Translations under genes and position numbers: made by a program
Assembly (NCBI RefSeq): GCF_026626685.1
Contig: NZ_JAPNJX010000001.1
Span: forward strand, 204,752 to 268,751
DNA: 64,000 nucleotides
Direction: 5' to 3'
Source of the DNA: Nannocystis sp. SCPEA4
GTDB lineage: Bacteria > Myxococcota_A > Polyangia > Nannocystales > Nannocystaceae
The notes under the pieces: generated by a model
What the model saw: only the letters and a program-made list of their open reading frames with translations
Databases searched by the model: none
What the model was told of the DNA's origin: nothing
Shown here: positions 8,168-21,949 of the stretch, piece after piece
How the letters are laid out: every line of letters starts with the position of its first letter
Position numbering within the stretch: position 1 is the first letter of the stretch

Positions 8168-10558
8168 TCAGCGCGACGGCAGCACCGGCACGGCGGTCTG
8201 GCTGCGGCCGGTGGCGCCGGCGCCGACGAGGACGCGGCCGTCGATGTCGGGAGCGTACTCGAGCGGCTCCTCGTAGCGGCCGACCAGGCGGCCGAGGCCG
8301 GCGCGGCACAGGGCGCTCTGGCCGGAAGGGTCGTGGCCCCACGCGGCGACGTGGTCGATGCAGCGGGCGTAGGCGGTGAACACCGCCTCGCGGCGCTGGG
8401 CGGCCAGGTCGCGCATCTGCTGGGCCAGGCCGACGTCGCCGGCCTGCTCGACGGCGGCGGCGACCTCGTCGAGCAGCGCCAGGTCGGACTCGTAGACCTG
8501 GGCCTTGCGGGTCTCGATCAGCGCCGCGGCCTGATCGCGCCCGCCGGCCGCGCCCGCGGTGGCGCCCTCGTAGACCGCGCTCATGCGCTCGACCTCGTCC
8601 TTGCGCACGTCGAGCCACGCGCGCGAGCGGGTCGGGTCGAGGCTCTTGGGCGGCTGACTGGTGAGCGCCGACTCGGCCTTGAGGTCGCCGAGCAGCAGCG
8701 CGACCTGGCGGCTGGCCGCGCGCGCCTCGTCGACGTCGACGGCGAGCGGCGCCTCGAGCTTGTCGGGCTCGCCGGCGCTGACCTCGGGCAGCAGCTTCTC
8801 CGCGCGGTCGAGGTGCTCGCGGGCCTTCGCCAGCGGCTTGGCCAGGCGCGGGACCACGCGGGCCGGCGTGCGGTCGCGGCCGAACTCGACGCACAGGCCC
8901 TCGGCGCCGTGGACCGGGCACGACGCCCGCAAATACGCCTCGGCCGCCCGCGCGTACGCGATCGCCAGCCGCCGCGGCCCGCCCTCCTTGCCGAACCGCT
9001 CGATGTACTTCTCCGCCGCCTCGGGCGCGACGCCGGGGCGGATCACCGCGCGGAACTGGATCGCCGCCGCCAGCGTGCGCTCCTCCGGGCGGCCGCGGAT
9101 CAGCGCCTCGAGCTGTCCTTCGGGCAATGTCCCGGCGCGCAGGCTCAAGATCAGCGAGCGGCGCCGGGCCGTGGCCGCGGCGCGGTGGCGCGGCGCGCGG
9201 GCGACGAGATCGAGGTAGCGGTCGCGCGCCTGCTCGTCGTTCAAGATCCGCTCGTGCAGCCGCGCCAGCTGCAGCACCGCGTCGGGCGCCCGCGCGTCCT
9301 CGCGGTGGACGTCGGCCATGCGCTCGAGCCAGTCGATCGCCTTCTGCGTCATGCCGGCGCGCTCGTAGCAGCGGCCGGCCCCGTCGGCCGCCTCGGCCGC
9401 GGCGTCGACGTCGGCGCCGAGGTCGGCGTACAGCGCCTCGAAGGCGGCGCCGCAGCCCGCATCGTCGCCGGCCGCCTCCGACTCCTCGGCCTGAGCCCAC
9501 AGCGCCGCCCGCCGCAGCGCCGCGACCTGGGCCGCCTGCGGCGCCCCGGCGGCCTCGACCTCGGCGGCGGCGGTGACCAGCGCGACGCGGGCGGCCGAGC
9601 GCTCGCCGGCGCCGGCCGACTCCATCCAGCGGGCCAGCAACAGGCCGACCAGCAGCACGCGGGCCTGCTCGCGCGCCGGCCCGGTGACCGCGCGCAGGCC
9701 GGCCTCGGCCTCGTCCCAGCGGCGGTACAGCATCAGCAGCTCGGCCCGCTCGACCGCCACCTGGCCGTGATCGGTCGCGCCCTGCAGGCCCGGCTCGGCC
9801 AGGAACGCGTCGTAGGCGGCCAGCCACTCGCGGTCGGCCGTCGTCAGCTCGCCCGGGGCGACGCGCGGGACCGGATCGGTGCAGCGGCCGCGTGGATCCG
9901 GGAGACATGTCTGTTCGGACATGACCCATCGGCGCGGCGGGCCGTCGTACACGCGGCGCACCGCGTCGAGCTGCGCGCGCGCCGAGCGGGCCGCCTGATC
10001 GGCCGGCAGCCCGCCGGCGAGCGCGGCGCGGTGGTGGGCGTGGGCCTCGCGCAGCGCGTCGTCGGTCAGCGTGCGCTCGCCGATCTCGAGCGTCAGCTTC
10101 TCGGCGCGGGCCCACTCGAGCCGGCCCATCGCGTGGTGCATCTGCGGCGTGTCGGCGGCCGCCGGGAAGTGCTGGCGCAGCGCCGCGTAGGCCTGCCGGG
10201 CCAGCGTGTGGCTCTGCGCCCCGCCCGACTCGGCCCCCTGCTCGGCCCAGCGCAGCGTCACCGTCGTCAGCGCCTCGCGCGTCGCCTCGGCGCAGGGCTC
10301 GCCCGCGCCCGCCCCTGTCGCGGCGTAGGCCCGCACGAGCTTGTCGATCTCCTCCCACAGGTAGCGATCGGCCAGCCGCACCAGCCCGTCCTGGACCGTG
10401 CTCGCCTGCTCCTCGCAGGCCGCCAGGCTCGGCCCGGCGGATGGCGCGACGGACATGTCCTGAGGCGCACGCACCGTCGCCGTCGTCGGCGCCCGCGGGG
10501 AGCAGCCGGCCAGCAGCAGCGCCGCGACCGCCCAGCCGAAGCCGCGCGTCCGGGTCAC
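8168..10558 (-). CDS. large TPR/helical-repeat lipoprotein
   Basis: About 796 aa from a GTG start (VTRTRGFGWAVAALLLAGC lipobox). An upstream ATG at 10645 lies inside repeat array C, so I reject it. Two degenerate repeat units sit in-frame at ~9903-9926. Confidence 0.5.
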   Translation of the reverse strand: MTRTRGFGWAVAALLLAGCSPRAPTTATVRAPQDMSVAPSAGPSLAACEEQASTVQDGLVRLADRYLWEEIDKLVRAYAATGAGAGEPCAEATREALTTVTLRWAEQGAESGGAQSHTLARQAYAALRQHFPAAADTPQMHHAMGRLEWARAEKLTLEIGERTLTDDALREAHAHHRAALAGGLPADQAARSARAQLDAVRRVYDGPPRRWVMSEQTCLPDPRGRCTDPVPRVAPGELTTADREWLAAYDAFLAEPGLQGATDHGQVAVERAELLMLYRRWDEAEAGLRAVTGPAREQARVLLVGLLLARWMESAGAGERSAARVALVTAAAEVEAAGAPQAAQVAALRRAALWAQAEESEAAGDDAGCGAAFEALYADLGADVDAAAEAADGAGRCYERAGMTQKAIDWLERMADVHREDARAPDAVLQLARLHERILNDEQARDRYLDLVARAPRHRAAATARRRSLILSLRAGTLPEGQLEALIRGRPEERTLAAAIQFRAVIRPGVAPEAAEKYIERFGKEGGPRRLAIAYARAAEAYLRASCPVHGAEGLCVEFGRDRTPARVVPRLAKPLAKAREHLDRAEKLLPEVSAGEPDKLEAPLAVDVDEARAASRQVALLLGDLKAESALTSQPPKSLDPTRSRAWLDVRKDEVERMSAVYEGATAGAAGGRDQAAALIETRKAQVYESDLALLDEVAAAVEQAGDVGLAQQMRDLAAQRREAVFTAYARCIDHVAAWGHDPSGQSALCRAGLGRLVGRYEEPLEYAPDIDGRVLVGAGATGRSQTAVPVLPSR

Positions 10559-10575
10559 CGCCGCCCCTTCGTACT

Positions 10576-10740
10576 GGATGTCTGTATGGACATGTCCCTT
10601 CGAGCACCATGCCGCGGCGCGCGATGCCAGGTCGCTGCAACGCATGGCTTCACGGACATGTCCTGAATCTCATCTTCCAGGGTTCGCGCCGCGCGATGAC
10701 CGGTCGCCGCGACGCCTGGCTTCACGGACATGCCCTGAAG
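10576..10740. repeat. GGACATGYCC-family element with ~66-72-bp higher-order tandem repeat (2.5 copies)
   Basis: ggacatgtcc at 10588 and 10654, and ggacatgccc at 10726. The unit shape is gcNtggcttcacggacatgYcctgaa plus cgcgccgcgcgatgaccggtcgccgcgac. Confidence 0.8.
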
Positions 10741-10831
10741 GTCACCTCTCCGCGCCCGCCCGCGCCAGCCCTTCACCCTGCTCCCCGGCGAGCCGAAGCC
10801 CGTATCGCCGCACCTGTGCGCCTCGACCCGC

Positions 10832-12634
<1,803 letters not shown>

Positions 12635-12803
12635 GCCCCAGCAATGGTGCCGGCAACGCCGGCCGGCGACAACGCCCGCGCACGCGCCTGCGCGCCGCCG
12701 CCCTCCGCGCACGGATCTTCGTGTGTTGGGCCCCGGGGGCCCGCAACGCCGCGAACCCGACTGGAGCGCGCAAGGTCCGCGGTGCGACCTATAGTCCCCC
12801 ACG

Positions 12804-13247
12804 ATGCACTTTCGCCCGGCCACGAGCTCCGACGTCCCCGCGATCCTCGACATGATGGAGGACTTCAACCGCCTGGAGCACATCCCGTGGCAGCGCGGCC
12901 CGGGCGAGGCGCCCCTGCGCACGCTGATCGGCTCGCCCGCGCTCGGCACCGTCGGCCTCGCCGTCGAGGGCGACGCTGCCCTCGGCTACTACATCCTCAC
13001 CTGGGGCTTCGACCTCGAGTGGGGCGGCCGCGACGCCTTCCTGACGGAGCTGTACCTCCGCCCCGAGCTCCGCGGCGGCGGCCGCGGCCGCCTGGTCCTC
13101 GACGCCGCCCTGGCGACCGCCCGGGCCCACGACGCCCGCGCCATCCACCTCATGGTCCGCACCGACAACACCCCCGCCCTCCAGCTCTACCGCAGCGCCG
13201 GCTTCTCCGCCCCACCGCGCGTGCTGATGACGCGGCCGCTCGATTGA
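12804..13247 (+). CDS. GNAT family N-acetyltransferase
   Basis: 147 aa with acetyl-CoA-binding-like RGGGRGR. Confidence 0.75.
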   Translation: MHFRPATSSDVPAILDMMEDFNRLEHIPWQRGPGEAPLRTLIGSPALGTVGLAVEGDAALGYYILTWGFDLEWGGRDAFLTELYLRPELRGGGRGRLVLDAALATARAHDARAIHLMVRTDNTPALQLYRSAGFSAPPRVLMTRPLD

Positions 13248-13312
13248 ATATGTTACAAAGGGCATGCTCTTCAGGACATGCCACTTCGGACATGTTATAA
13301 AGAGCATGTTTT
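13247..13312. repeat. GGACATGYCC-family tandem array (5 units, 14-bp period, partly AT-rich)
   Basis: CATG cores at 13263, 13277, 13291 and 13305. Units are gggcatgctc, ggacatgcca, ggacatgtta and gagcatgttt. Confidence 0.8.
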
Positions 13313-13462
13313 ATGGACCAAGGCGACGACGGCGCCCTGAGCCAACGGTGGCCACTCGCCACGTCGACCCCTCGGTTCACTGGCGCTGTTCTGACCAAAC
13401 TCGCGCGAGCTCCCCGTCAGCCACTCCGGCGCCGCGCCCCTTCGTCGTGATAGTCTGGCGCG

Positions 13463-14209
13463 ATGCAGAGCCTCGGCGTCGATCTCGCCAGCCAGCCGAA
13501 GAAGACCGGCGTCGCGCGGATCTCGTGGAGCCCCGGCAAGGCCGTCGTCACCGAGGTGCGCTGCGGCGCCGCCGACGACGACCTCGTCGCCCTCGCCAGG
13601 GACGCCGGGGCGATCGGCATCGACGCGCCGTTCGGCTGGCCGCGCCGGTTCCTCGAGTTCGTCAGCGCCCACCACGGCAGCACGCTGCCGCCGACGCCGT
13701 GGTCCGACCCCCACCGCGACGCGCTGCGCTTCCGCCTCACCGACCACAAAGTCCGCGCCCACACCGGTCGCTGGCCGCTGTCGGTCTCGTCCGATCTGAT
13801 CGGGGTCCCGGCCATGCGCTGCGCCACGCTCCTGGTCCGCCTCGGCGTCCGCGACCGCGCCGGCGACGGGCGCGTGTTCGAGGTCTACCCGGCGGCCGCC
13901 CTGGCCAGCTGGGGCCTGCCCGTCGCCAGCTACAAGGACGATCGTCGGCCCGCGCGCGTCGCCCTGCTCGCCGCTCTCACGCGCGCCGCGCCCTGGCTCG
14001 AGCTCCCGCCGGCGCTGCAGGCCCGCTGCGAGGCCAGCGACGACTGTCTCGACGCCCTGCTCGCCGCGCTGATCGCCCGCGCCGCCGCGCTCGGCCTGAC
14101 CGCGCTCCCGCGCGACGAGGAGCTCGCGCAGGCCCGCGAGGAGGGCTGGATCGCCCTGCCCGGGCCCGGCTCTCTCGCTCGCCTGGTCGCCGACGCAGCG
14201 CTCACGTGA
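13463..14209 (+). CDS. DUF429 domain protein (predicted RNase H-like nuclease)
   Basis: 248 aa; MQSLGVDLA...GIDAPFGWP is typical of DUF429. Confidence 0.7.
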   Translation: MQSLGVDLASQPKKTGVARISWSPGKAVVTEVRCGAADDDLVALARDAGAIGIDAPFGWPRRFLEFVSAHHGSTLPPTPWSDPHRDALRFRLTDHKVRAHTGRWPLSVSSDLIGVPAMRCATLLVRLGVRDRAGDGRVFEVYPAAALASWGLPVASYKDDRRPARVALLAALTRAAPWLELPPALQARCEASDDCLDALLAALIARAAALGLTALPRDEELAQAREEGWIALPGPGSLARLVADAALT

Positions 14210-14213
14210 TCGC

Positions 14214-14282
14214 TCCGACATGTCCTTCCGAGCATGCTCGTCACGACATGCTCTCACGAACATGCTGGTTCGAACATGTATG
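14214..14282. repeat. GGACATGYCC-family tandem array (5 units)
   Basis: cgacatgtcc, gagcatgctc, cgacatgctc, gaacatgctg and gaacatgtat with CATG at 14218, 14233, 14247, 14261 and 14275. It lies between convergent gene ends. Confidence 0.85.
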
Positions 14283-14320
14283 CGGGGCAGCTCGGATGCG
14301 CTGCTCACACCGCATCGCGT

Positions 14321-15904
14321 TCACTTCTTCGCGCCGACGTTCTTGCGCTGGAGCTCGATCGCCTCGACGTCGCCGACCGCCTCCGCCTCCGCCAGCAGCC
14401 AGCGGAACATCGGGCCCGACAGGCCGTACTCCTTGCGGTCGTTCCACAGCCACACCGCGTAGCCGCACACGTCGCGGTGGACCTGCGGGAACAGCAGGTA
14501 GCGCAGCGGCATCCCGCCGAGCAGGACCGCCTCCTCGTAGCGGCGGCGGAACTGGTTCCACGCCCGCGACTCCTCGGCCGGCGGCAGGCGGCGGTCGGCG
14601 GCCGTGCGCGCGCGCAGCTCCTCGGAGCCGGTCTCGACCCCGGTCAGCAGCTCCGCGCGCAGCTCCTCGACCGCCAGCGCGGCCGTCGGCAGCACCTCGG
14701 CCTCGAACGTGGCCAGCGGCAGCCTGGCCGCGCGCGCCAGCTCGGCCAGCTCGCGCGCGACGGCGCGACGGATGCCGGCCAGCGCCTCCTCGGCGCGCGT
14801 CTGCGTCGTCAGCACCGCGACCCGCTGCCGCATGCGCCGCTCCGCGTGCGGCCACGCGTCCTCCCACGCGCGGCAGAGCTCCTGCATGCGCGTGGCCGAC
14901 AGCCGCTGCTCGAGCTCCGTGCCGGCCTGCCCGGGCGTCTTCGGCCGCAGCGCCAGCCACGTCGCGTGCAGCGCCTGGGCGTGGGCCACCGGGTCGTCGG
15001 CGTGGGCGGCAGGGTCGATCAGCGGCACCGTCGGCGCCGGCTGCGGTGGCGGCGGCTTGCGCTGGTGCAGCACCCGCGGGGCCGCGCGCGCCTCGTCGAG
15101 CAGCGGTCGCATGACCTTTCGGCCAGGTGCCAACAGCCAGGAGACCCACAGCCCGAAGTCGGTCGGGTTGGGCTCGCCGGGCAGCGCCTCGCCGCGGATC
15201 CGCGCGGCGGCGCGGGCGAGGAAGCGGGTGTACGCGGTCGCCTGGCCCGGCAGCACGCCGCGGCGGATCACCGTGATCCAGTCGCCGCGGCTGGCCGCGT
15301 CGGCCACCAGCCAGTCGTTGGCGGCCCGGCGCGCGGCCGCGGGCGCGAAGTCGGGGTCGAACGCGTCGGCGCCGGCGAGGATGTCGCGCGCTCCGTCGCG
15401 ATCGCCGCGGCTGGCCGCCAGCAGCCCGGTCGCCACGATCCCGCCGAGCCCGGTCTTGGCGTTCGCGTGGATCTTGCCTTCGAGCCAGGTCGCGAGCCCC
15501 GCGTCGTGCGGGCGGTGCAGCAGCGCCAGCGCGGCCGCCACGACCTTGCCGCCCTCGCGGTCGCGCTCCCAGCTCGAGCGGGCCAGCAGAGACAACCAGT
15601 AGCTGGCGCGCACCAGGCCGGCGGCGATCACCGTGCGGCGCAGCACCGGCCACACGATCCCGCCGATCAGGTCGAGCAGCGCCACCATCCACCCGCCGAG
15701 CGCGACCAACAGGATGAGGAAACCGAGCACGCTGGCGATCGCGTGCGCCTGCTCGACGACGATCGGCACCTCGGCGAGGGCTCGCATCGCGACGACCGAT
15801 ACCACGATCGCGGCCGCCGTCCGCGGCGCGCGCCGGCCCAGCACGAACACCGCCACGAGCACCGCTACCGCGGCGTGGACCCCCGAACTCACGACCGCCT
15901 CCAT
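14321..15904 (-). CDS. hypothetical integral membrane protein (N-terminal TM helices, large cytoplasmic domain)
   Basis: Start MEAVVSSGVHAAVAVLVAVFVLG, then several hydrophobic segments. It is the last gene of the Hsp70/J-like operon. Confidence 0.5.
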   Translation of the reverse strand: MEAVVSSGVHAAVAVLVAVFVLGRRAPRTAAAIVVSVVAMRALAEVPIVVEQAHAIASVLGFLILLVALGGWMVALLDLIGGIVWPVLRRTVIAAGLVRASYWLSLLARSSWERDREGGKVVAAALALLHRPHDAGLATWLEGKIHANAKTGLGGIVATGLLAASRGDRDGARDILAGADAFDPDFAPAAARRAANDWLVADAASRGDWITVIRRGVLPGQATAYTRFLARAAARIRGEALPGEPNPTDFGLWVSWLLAPGRKVMRPLLDEARAAPRVLHQRKPPPPQPAPTVPLIDPAAHADDPVAHAQALHATWLALRPKTPGQAGTELEQRLSATRMQELCRAWEDAWPHAERRMRQRVAVLTTQTRAEEALAGIRRAVARELAELARAARLPLATFEAEVLPTAALAVEELRAELLTGVETGSEELRARTAADRRLPPAEESRAWNQFRRRYEEAVLLGGMPLRYLLFPQVHRDVCGYAVWLWNDRKEYGLSGPMFRWLLAEAEAVGDVEAIELQRKNVGAKK

Positions 15905-16257
15905 CCCAGCGCCGCGAACGCCTCGGCGAGCGGTGCCGGTCCTGGACCCTTCGTCTCGGGCGCAGGCGGCGGCTTCGGCGGCGCCGCGGGCGGCGGCAAG
16001 CTGGCCCAAAATTCATGTCCCAGGCGTTTCTCGTGGTCGCGCAGGGCCGCCATCGCCGCGCGCACCTTGTCCTCGGTGCGCGCGCGCGGCCCGAGCGGGC
16101 TCATGTAGGTCGCGGCCGACTTGAGCTTGAGCCCGAGCATGCCGAGCAGCTTCTGGCCCTCGCGCTCGACGTCGACCCGGGTGCAGTCGGGCCGCAGCCC
16201 GAGCACGTGGAACGGGTTGTCGGCCAGCGGCTCGTATTCGTCTGACTTTTGCGACAT
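15889..16257 (-). CDS. J-domain-like co-chaperone (HPD motif not evident)
   Basis: NPFHVLGLRPDCTRVDVEREGQKLL resembles J-domain helices I-II. There is a Pro-rich C-terminus, and it sits immediately downstream of Hsp70. Confidence 0.5.
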   Translation of the reverse strand: MSQKSDEYEPLADNPFHVLGLRPDCTRVDVEREGQKLLGMLGLKLKSAATYMSPLGPRARTEDKVRAAMAALRDHEKRLGHEFWASLPPPAAPPKPPPAPETKGPGPAPLAEAFAALGWRRS

Positions 16258-16300
16258 GGCGCTTCCCCCAGGTCCTTTACGACATGGCCGAACAGACAGT

Positions 16301-18769
<2,469 letters not shown>

Positions 18770-18785
18770 GTGTACCCGGGCGTCC

Positions 18786-19253
18786 TCAGCCTCGCAGCGC
18801 GGAGCGAGCGCGGCGGCGCAGAAGTCGGTCGATCGTCACCCCGGCCGCGGCGCCCAGGCCGACCAGCGCGCAAAACAGCGGCAGATCGCCCGCGCGCCCC
18901 GGAGGGGCGGCCGGGGCCGCTGCGCGCCAGGCCACCCGCACCACGCCCGCGCTCCACGGCCCGCACAGCTCGCCGACCAGCGACGCCGCCGCAGCCTCGT
19001 CCCACCCGGGCGGCCCCAGCCCGGTCACCACCACCGCGCCCGGATCGCCCGCGTCCGGCAATCGCACCTCGACCGCCAGCGCTTCGGCCCCGAGCCCGCG
19101 CAGGGCCGCCACGACCGCGTCCGCCAGCGCCAGCTCGTCGCGCGCGCGCTCGCCCGCGCGCGTCGGCACCAGCGCGGGATCGCCGAACAGCTCGCGCTTG
19201 CCGCGGACCCCGCGGACCTCCGGCGCGCGGGGCCGGTCGCACGCGCCTGCCAT
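18786..19253 (-). CDS. hypothetical protein
   Basis: ORF between the sigma factor and Hsp70 with no recognisable motifs. The start is uncertain because the upstream ATGs lie within a repeat array. Confidence 0.35.
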   Translation of the reverse strand: MAGACDRPRAPEVRGVRGKRELFGDPALVPTRAGERARDELALADAVVAALRGLGAEALAVEVRLPDAGDPGAVVVTGLGPPGWDEAAAASLVGELCGPWSAGVVRVAWRAAAPAAPPGRAGDLPLFCALVGLGAAAGVTIDRLLRRRARSALRG

Positions 19254-19257
19254 CAGA

Positions 19258-19340
19258 TCTGTCCCCAGGAACATGCTCCATAGGACATGTCCGCGAATGC
19301 TCGTGGCGATAAGGTCATGTCTCATACGGCATGTCCCGAG
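19258..19340. repeat. GGACATGYCC-family tandem array (5-6 units)
   Basis: ggaacatgctcc, ggacatgtcc at 19286-19295, ggtcatgtct and ggcatgtccc, with an AT-rich spacer. Confidence 0.8.
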
Positions 19341-19343
19341 ATA

Positions 19344-20072
19344 TCACGGCCCGACCTCGGGCGGACTCCCGCCGAGCAGGTCGGCGAGGCGCCGCAGCAG
19401 CCGCTGGTGGCGGCGCGAGATCGTGCTGACGCTGATCGCCAGATCGGCCGCGACCTCGGTCATCGTCAGCCCGCGCACGTACACCGCGTCGATCAGGGCC
19501 CGCTCGTCGGCGTCGCAGCGCTCGACGAGCGCGCGCAGCGACAGCCGGACCTCGGGGCCGAACGCGTCGTCGTCGTCGCTGGCGAACAGGCGCGACAGCA
19601 CCGCCGCCGCCGTGACCTCGCGGACCAGCTCGGCCGCGTCGCCGAAGCGCTCGCCGATCCGGCGCGGGTCGTCGCCGGGGCGCAGCCGGATCTCCGACAA
19701 CTCCTGCGTCACCTCGAGCGTGTTGAGCAGCCGGCGCGCGCGCTTGTGGTCGGGGAAGGCGTTGCGGGCGGCGTCGATCATCGCCCCGCGCACCCGGTAG
19801 AACGCGTAGGCCGCGAACGGCACCCCGGCGGCCGGGTCGTAGCGCAGGGCCGCGCGCGCCAGCGCCTCGTAGCCGGCGCTCTCGCACTCGTCGGGCGCGA
19901 TCCCCACGGTGCGCCGCAGGCTGCGCGCGATGCCCGGGACCCGCGGCGCGAACGCCTCGACGCGCGCGCGCTGCTCCGGCGACAGGCCCGGCCCGCGCGC
20001 CGGCGCGGCGTCGGGTGCGAACGAGGCGTCCTCTTCGACGCCGCAGACGACCTCATCGTGAGGCTGACTCAT
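19344..20072 (-). CDS. sigma-70 family RNA polymerase sigma factor
   Basis: Region 2-like YDPAAGVPFAAYAFYRVRGAMID and a region 4 HTH (LTMTEVAADLAISVSTISRRHQRLLRRL). One repeat unit (cgacatgtcc ~20074) follows the start codon. Confidence 0.8.
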   Translation of the reverse strand: MSQPHDEVVCGVEEDASFAPDAAPARGPGLSPEQRARVEAFAPRVPGIARSLRRTVGIAPDECESAGYEALARAALRYDPAAGVPFAAYAFYRVRGAMIDAARNAFPDHKRARRLLNTLEVTQELSEIRLRPGDDPRRIGERFGDAAELVREVTAAAVLSRLFASDDDDAFGPEVRLSLRALVERCDADERALIDAVYVRGLTMTEVAADLAISVSTISRRHQRLLRRLADLLGGSPPEVGP

Positions 20073-20100
20073 GCGACATGTCCTCGCAGACAGCAGCGGC

Positions 20101-20421
20101 TCAGGCGCTCGCGGCCTCCTGGCTGTCGAGGATGTGCTTGCGCAGCGCGCTCTTCTGCTCGTCGGTGATGTTGACGAAGCGGATCGCCATGTCGCTGTCG
20201 CCGCCGCGGACGACCATCCCGGACAGCGGCAGGCTGGCCGACAGGACCGGGAAGCTGAGCACGAGCGCGACCTGCTGCCCCGCCTCCTCCCACGCCGGCC
20301 CGCCGAACTTGCAGCCGCCGAGGCTGAGGTCGTCGAGGGCGCGGGCCAGGACCACCTCGGAGCCGATGATGTCGGCGTGGGCGTGGATCCGCAGGCGGGG
20401 ATGGAAGCGGGCGTCCGTCAC
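20101..20421 (-). CDS. PilZ domain protein (c-di-GMP receptor)
   Basis: RxxxR (RFHPRLR) and D/NxSxGG (DDLSLGGCKFGG) motifs; ~106 aa from a GTG start. Confidence 0.7.
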   Translation of the reverse strand: MTDARFHPRLRIHAHADIIGSEVVLARALDDLSLGGCKFGGPAWEEAGQQVALVLSFPVLSASLPLSGMVVRGGDSDMAIRFVNITDEQKSALRKHILDSQEAASA

Positions 20422-20628
20422 CGCGCGATGATAGCCGTCCGGACGCGTGGACGACCTGTCGCCGCGACGGGACGCGCTGGCACGCCGGTCGTGTCCGGCG
20501 TGCCAAATTGGCACGCGAGGCCCCCTGGCCGTGCTCCCAAGCCGTGCGCTAAGTCCTTGTTCCAAGAAGCGACTTTGAAAGCTGGCGCGCGTGGCCGCGT
20601 GCTTGCACAATGCGCCCTCGATCGACCC

Positions 20629-21138
20629 ATGCCCGGACGCTCTCTCGCCCTCGCACTCGCCACGGTGCTCGCCGCGCCCGCCGCCCTCGGCTGCAAGAAC
20701 ACCACGATCATCCCGGGGACCGAGATCCCCGACACGCCCGACAACCGCGAGATCCTGCAGGTCATCGAGCGCTTCCGGACCAGCTTCGTGCGCCAGGACC
20801 CGGCCGGCATCCTCGCCACCGCCCACCCGACCTACTACGACGAGTCCGGCACCGACGACCCCAGCGACGACATCGTCTACGAAGAGCTCGGCCCGATCCT
20901 CCGCCGCCGGATCGCCCAGCTCGAGTCGGTCCGCTTCACCATCGAGTACCTCGACATCTACATGCGCCGCGACCGCGCCACCGTGAACGTGTGGATCGAC
21001 GCGACCTTCCGCCTCAAGCCGATCCTCGGCGAGGACGGCATGCCCCGCTTCCCGCCGCGCGTGGTGCCCAAGCAGGACTACGCCAAGTTCGAGCTGATCC
21101 GCGAGGGCGACTCCTGGCTGATCACCAAGGGCATCTGA
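20629..21138 (+). CDS. hypothetical lipoprotein
   Basis: Signal peptide plus lipobox (AALGC); 169 aa. Confidence 0.5.
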   Translation: MPGRSLALALATVLAAPAALGCKNTTIIPGTEIPDTPDNREILQVIERFRTSFVRQDPAGILATAHPTYYDESGTDDPSDDIVYEELGPILRRRIAQLESVRFTIEYLDIYMRRDRATVNVWIDATFRLKPILGEDGMPRFPPRVVPKQDYAKFELIREGDSWLITKGI

Positions 21139-21238
21139 GCCGCGCCTGAGCGAACGGGCAGGTCCTCCGGAACCTGCCCGTTCGTACATGTGCGTTCGGG
21201 CCTGTCGCCGAGGACATGTCGCCCCGGCAGCGACAGCT

Positions 21239-21850
21239 TCAGCCGCTGCAGGCCCCGCCCGAGCAGGTCTTCTTGCACTTCGCGCCGTCGCAGCTGCGCG
21301 AGCAGGCCCCGCCCGAGCAGGTCAGGTCGCAGTCGGAGCCGGCCTTGCACGTCTGGCTGCACGTCCCGCCGCCGCAGGTGAACTTGCAGGTCGCGCCGGC
21401 CTCGCAGGTCTGCGTGCACGAGCCGCCGATGCAGGTGTGCTCGCAGGCGCCGCCGCTGCACGTCTGCACGCAGGCGCCGTCGAGGCAGTCCTTGCCGCCG
21501 GCCGGCCTGGCCTCCTCGTCGCCGTCGGCGAGCGCGCCGAGCTGCACCGCGCCGCCCGGCAGCTTGATCGTGCCGTCGGCCCCGACCTCGACCTCGCCGG
21601 CCTTGACGCCCCTGGCGTTGACGGTGACGTCGCCGACCTCGGTGCCGCTGATCTTGACGTCGCCGGGCCGGATCTCCACGCCGACCGGCCCGGCCTTGAC
21701 GTCGACCTCGCCCGGCTTGACCGACACCGCCGTCGCCGGCGCGGTCACGGCGGGCGCGGCGGCCTTCTGCTCCGCCTCCGCGGCGGGCTTCGAGTCGCAG
21801 CCGATGAACGACGCCGCCACGATCGCGGCGAGGAACGAGAACGTGCGCAT
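21239..21850 (-). CDS. Cys-rich repeat lipoprotein (CxxGxC-type repeats)
   Basis: Lipobox FIGC. The C-terminal 75 aa are tandem TCxGGxCxx octads. Confidence 0.5.
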   Translation of the reverse strand: MRTFSFLAAIVAASFIGCDSKPAAEAEQKAAAPAVTAPATAVSVKPGEVDVKAGPVGVEIRPGDVKISGTEVGDVTVNARGVKAGEVEVGADGTIKLPGGAVQLGALADGDEEARPAGGKDCLDGACVQTCSGGACEHTCIGGSCTQTCEAGATCKFTCGGGTCSQTCKAGSDCDLTCSGGACSRSCDGAKCKKTCSGGACSG

Positions 21851-21949
21851 CACGAGCACTCCTGGGTTGCGGCAGGACGCTAGCACGCCGACCGGCCGCC
21901 CACGGGTCGCTCGGTTCCTGTCCGTGAAGACAGGTTCGAGTTCACGCGC

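Noticed and set aside
8091-8379. Short ORFs whose peptides repeat DMS..TCP..(G)HV (for example 8091, 8119, 10578, 13264, 14220, 19287, 47561, 48464, 59375) running through the repeat arrays
   Set aside because: Artefact of the array geometry. GGACATGTCC reads G-H-V, D-M-S or T-C-P in the three frames, and a 14-bp spacing (2 mod 3) rotates the frame at each unit. That creates stop-free ORFs with periodic motifs, which are not genes.
10645-10645. ATG at 10645 as the start of the large TPR lipoprotein (as in the ORF track)
   Set aside because: That start lies inside repeat array C. The GTG at 10558 gives a canonical lipoprotein signal peptide (RTRGFGWAVAALLLAGC).
18786-19325. Longer version of the hypothetical protein starting at 19325 or 19274
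   Set aside because: The upstream ATGs lie within repeat array F. I chose the ATG at 19253 at the array boundary, though the gene itself is weakly supported.
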